Source: a virus (Duplodnaviria; Heunggongvirae; Uroviricota; Caudoviricetes). Taken from it: DNA of 29,932 nucleotides. Position numbers and translations under genes: made by a program. Of the stretch, positions 26,381 to 29,932 are shown one piece after another (position 1 is the first letter of the stretch; every line of letters starts with the position of its first letter). A model generated the notes under the pieces. That model did not search any database, was not told where the DNA came from, and was given only the letters and a program-made list of their open reading frames with translations. The DNA lies in IMG/VR virus record IMGVR_UViG_640753024_000007, positions 1-29,932 of that record; one strand, 5' to 3'.

Positions 26381-27172
26381 GTGAAGAAAATATCTGATAT
26401 CACACCGTATGTTGATGAAAACGACGAGTTTACTGACGGCGCGCCTGCCACAGGGCTGAAGCCTACGCCGTTGCTGGCGGCGTGGTTTAACGTCATTCAG
26501 CGGGAGCTGGTGAAGGTTGTGGAGAGTGCGGGGCTGACGCTGGATCCGACTGATGACACACAACTCTGGCAGGCGTTATCGAAATACTTTGCCTCACAGG
26601 AGAATGTGAACACCGCCATGGGTGCTCTGGGTACGATGGCCGGTCAGAACAGTGATGCGGTGGAAATCACCGGCGGCGCGATAACAGGGACATCCCTCAC
26701 TGGCGATCTGACGGGCAATGCGGATACAGCCACAAAACTGAAAACGGGCCGGACAATCCAGGTAAATCTTGGCAGTACGGGTGCAGTTACTTTTGATGGC
26801 AGTGCGAATGTCACGCCGGGCGTGACCGGCACATTGCCGGTGAGCAGTGGTGGTACCGGGGCCACCACTGCGTCAGGGGCCAGAACAAATCTGGGGCTGG
26901 GAGATGTGGCAACCCAGAATCTGAGTACGCTCGATGCCCGTTACCTGCTGACGACGGGCGGTGTGTCGGCAGTGAGACTGAGTAGCGCCAGCTCATACAC
27001 GCCTTCCGGTAACGAGGTGTCGTGGACCAGTAATCTCTCCTACGGAAATGTGCTCACAGGGATTATTGTTCAGGAAACGGGATCAAATTCAGCAGATAAC
27101 ATTGGCGGAATTTATTACAGGCAGATTCAGTACTGCATAAACGGTACATGGATAAATGCGGTATCACTGTAA
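26381..27172 (+). CDS. Tail fiber protein (short, Gly/Thr-rich)
   Basis: GTG start with TAAGGAGA RBS; GTSLTGDLTGNADTATKL-type fiber repeats; followed by a tail fiber assembly gene. Confidence 0.75.
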   Translation: MKKISDITPYVDENDEFTDGAPATGLKPTPLLAAWFNVIQRELVKVVESAGLTLDPTDDTQLWQALSKYFASQENVNTAMGALGTMAGQNSDAVEITGGAITGTSLTGDLTGNADTATKLKTGRTIQVNLGSTGAVTFDGSANVTPGVTGTLPVSSGGTGATTASGARTNLGLGDVATQNLSTLDARYLLTTGGVSAVRLSSASSYTPSGNEVSWTSNLSYGNVLTGIIVQETGSNSADNIGGIYYRQIQYCINGTWINAVSL

Positions 27173-27184
27173 AGGAGAGCACTA

Positions 27185-27724
27185 ATGATAAACATCAAAA
27201 ATTTCAGGCAATACACCCCGGAAAACCCGCCCGTGGCGTGGGCGACATATCTCATCAGCGAGGATGGTCAGGACTGGTATGAATGCCAGACGCAGTTTGC
27301 AGAGGATACATACAAAGTTGCGTACGACAGTGACGGTATCGTGCGCAGTATTTCGACCGATGTGTCGGCACTTTGTCCTGTCAGTCTGAGTGTTGCTGAG
27401 GTTGAGTCGCTGCCGGACGGTGCGGATATCGACGGCAATTGGGTGTTTGACGGGGAGAGTGTGGTTGCGCGGACGCTGACGGCAGCGGAGTGGCAGGCAA
27501 GGGCGGAATCGCAACGAAGCGCATTGATATCGGATGCGAAGGAGAGAATCAGCCTCTGGCAGTCAGAGCTTCTGCTGGACATCATCACTAATTATGACAA
27601 GGAAAGCCTGACGGAATGGCTGGCTTACATAAAGGCGCTTCAGGCGCTGGATTTAAGTGGTGTGACGGATGAGGCGAGCTACAACGCGACAGTCTGGCCG
27701 GACGAACCTAGAGTCACGTCATAA
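27185..27724 (+). CDS. Tail fiber assembly protein (Tfa)
   Basis: 179 aa; position after the tail fiber gene; Tfa-like N-terminus with YTPENPPVAW. Confidence 0.8.
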   Translation: MINIKNFRQYTPENPPVAWATYLISEDGQDWYECQTQFAEDTYKVAYDSDGIVRSISTDVSALCPVSLSVAEVESLPDGADIDGNWVFDGESVVARTLTAAEWQARAESQRSALISDAKERISLWQSELLLDIITNYDKESLTEWLAYIKALQALDLSGVTDEASYNATVWPDEPRVTS

Positions 27725-27963
27725 AGGCTACTGAGAAGCTTTTTTGCTTCAGTGAAACAAAATATTGGCTACTGTAGCATCGTGTTTAAAGAAAACCGGC
27801 ATGGTTCATGCCGGTTATATCAAAGTACGATATAAAATAAGTATAAAAGGATTTCAGGAGAGACAAACTAACAAAAAGGCATATTTGAATCAAATATATG
27901 CCTGTGTATTGTTATTAATTTATCGTTTCGTGATTTTTTATGACCTATTTATACATATAAGAG

Positions 27964-28754
27964 TTAACTTTGACTCTCAGTGTGTTTTTGTAACCATTTT
28001 TTTATTATGGTATTTACTTCTTTTGCATGTGTGACATTCAATGCATGATTGGCGTCAGGTATAATCGCAAGCTCAGAGTGCGGGATCATTTTGTGCATTT
28101 CAAGAGCTTTCTCCGGTGGTATTCCTGTATCGACGGATCCATGAAGAATCAGGGTGGGCGCTTTGATCGTATGAACTTTATCTGAAATATCGTCTCGCTC
28201 CAGCATTGCATTCATAGCTGGTTTGATGTTTTCAGGTTTATGACGTAGCCATACTTGTCTCCATATCTCTGCTTCAGAGATATTCTTTCCAAAGAAAACG
28301 GGTAATAATGAGGATATTATCTCTTCTTTTATGAGTGAGTTATGCCATCCATTACATAGTTCCATATAACTGGATGCAATTTCTGGCGGGTCCTGCTCGA
28401 CCTGAGTTGCCATAAGGATTAGTCCTGACAAACGCTCTGGATGTGACAGGGCAAATCGTAATGATATATACCCCCCCATCGACATCCCCCCCCTAAAATA
28501 AACTTATCCAGTTGTAGTGAGTCTGCGACGTTTAAAATGTCATCAACGATGTCATAGAGCGAGAATGGCTCAGTTTTTTCGGAGGGGGCATCGAAACCCC
28601 GAACATTAATGCAAACAACTCTATGTTTTTCTTTTAGTTCGTCAAACTGGTATTTGAACATTTCATTATTCATGAAAAATCCATGAACGAATATGGTAGG
28701 GGGATTGTTTTTATTTGTTTCAGTGTATCCAGAGTCAGTAAACGTAAAATTCAT
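27964..28754 (-). pseudogene. Alpha/beta-fold hydrolase interrupted by a frameshift in a poly-G tract at the nucleophile elbow
   Basis: Two overlapping minus-strand ORFs (28419..28754 N-part, 27964..28485 C-part); G-M-S-M-G-G nucleophile motif, HGSVD and ANHAL present; frames joined by changing the 8-G run at 28486-28493 to 9 or 6. Confidence 0.7.
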
Positions 28755-28889
28755 GAGTACTCCGTTATTTAGACAGTTATGTTGTACATTTGACTAATTA
28801 TAGCGAAGAGCTTTATTGACCTGCTGAACAGAAATCCACTTGTCAAAAACCTTCGAAGTTTATCTACCAAGATGGAGATAATCTTGTCA

Positions 28890-29188
28890 AGTATTCGTTA
28901 GGGCATAAAAGCATGGGTTTAATAGTAAATCTAAGACTTTTACGTGCGACAACACGCCTCATTCGTGTTGTGTTTTGTCGCAGTTTGTTCTTAAATTCTC
29001 GCAAATCATTTCCCTCTAATTTGAAGTAGTGCCTCCCACAAACAAACCGCTCAGAGTTACGGGTGTAATTGACTCTGATGTTGTTGATCTTGGCACCTAA
29101 AGCTGATCCAAAAGTTCGGTGATGATAACAGGAATCTGGTTATGGATGAGCGGGGATATGGTTTCAACAGAGATTTGAGTTGTCATAA
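28890..29188 (-). pseudogene. Degraded duplicate of the antirepressor N-terminus
   Basis: MTTQISVETISPLIHNQIPVIITELLDQL then stop, continuing out of frame as ...RFVCGRHYFKLEGNDLREFKNKL; parallels the N-terminus of the intact gene at 29372..29932. Confidence 0.6.
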
Positions 29189-29371
29189 TGACGTCCTCTA
29201 GTGGTTTCTAAACTTAAACTATCACCACCGTCAGGTTCCAATCATCGGGTGGTGAGACGCACAGGGTTGGAACTACCGGGAAACCGACCGACGAGCTTTT
29301 CAGCTCCCCCATGCGCCCCACAATAATTCATATGTGCGCGTGCATACGAGAAAAAACACTTGTTATATCTG

Positions 29372-29932
29372 CTAAAGCTGCATCAGCCTTTCCACCAGTT
29401 GTTCTTTACGGGCAACGAGCCAGCCGTGTTGCTCCAGATAAAATTTAAACCGTTCCAGAGTGCATACCATCGCATCGGCGGGGACTTTTTCTGTGAACTC
29501 TACCTGACCGTGTTTATCAAAGTGGATCAGTAATGCGCATCCATCATTTGGGGTGGGTGAGTTTTGTGTTGCTGGTGGTTGTTTTTGGCTGAAATAACAG
29601 TCTTCCAGTTTTTCGAACACTTCCCATGCCTGATCGGTTTCGAGCATTTTGGCATGGCGGGCTGCGCCACGTTCTGTCCAGAGGATAAGGGAACGGGCAT
29701 TTTTACCAACTAACCCGATTGTTTCAGGTCTGTTCTTAAACTCGCGTAATTCGTTTTTTTCAATTTTAAAGTAATGCTTTCCTACCACGAATCGCGTCGT
29801 GTTGTTCCGAAAGTTATCAGAAATGTTTTTGATTTTTGTTCCGTATAACTGCGCCAGAAGTTCAGTTGTAATAACGGGGACCTGGTTGTGGGTGATTGCA
29901 GGAAGAGTGTCGACAGAAATTTGAGTGGGCAT
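29372..29932 (-). CDS. Phage antirepressor (AntA/KilA-N-type N-terminal domain; C-terminal domain shared with the Rha protein at 4372..4929)
   Basis: 186-aa ORF whose ATG is the last codon in the window (true start could lie beyond it); C-terminal FTEKVPADAMVCTLERFKFYLEQHGW parallels the Rha C-terminus FTETVPDGALVCTLDTFRFYLEKQGW. Confidence 0.7.
   Translation of the reverse strand: MPTQISVDTLPAITHNQVPVITTELLAQLYGTKIKNISDNFRNNTTRFVVGKHYFKIEKNELREFKNRPETIGLVGKNARSLILWTERGAARHAKMLETDQAWEVFEKLEDCYFSQKQPPATQNSPTPNDGCALLIHFDKHGQVEFTEKVPADAMVCTLERFKFYLEQHGWLVARKEQLVERLMQL

Overview
The window reads as a decayed, mosaic lambdoid prophage of an enterobacterial (E. coli-like) host, with gene order resembling the Qin/e14 cryptic prophages. 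Left to right: a minus-strand early-left arm (lambda-like int and xis, a large DEDDh exonuclease, a DicB-like division inhibitor, a Rha antirepressor); a DicA/DicC-like immunity switch with operator-like palindromes; a YdaT-like gene; lambda O/P-like replication genes with iterons inside O; a nin-like region (DUF4406, DUF968, RusA, Q-like antiterminator); a DPPY DNA methyltransferase; tRNA-Thr(UGU) and tRNA-Gly(UCC). The late region is badly degraded: no lysis or terminase genes, a 1.2 kb ORF-free stretch with stacked intrinsic terminators, a portal gene fused in a different frame to the 3' end of a major capsid gene, then a direct jump to a Mu/e14-type tail-fiber module. Three AT-rich cargo islands stand out: (i) a translationally coupled pair, a 310-aa soluble protein plus a 4-TM membrane protein, divergent from a hok-family toxin, which I consider the best candidate for an undescribed RexAB-like abortive-infection module; (ii) a coupled Hanks-type Ser/Thr kinase and PP2C phosphatase pair directly after Q and its terminator; (iii) an alpha/beta hydrolase interrupted at a poly-G tract. 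Also notable are a tail-fiber-module protein with about nineteen 27-aa Cys-containing LRR-like repeats, and a conserved inverted-repeat leader element found upstream of two antirepressor-type genes. All calls rest on reading the sequence and on motifs recalled from memory; no database search was run.
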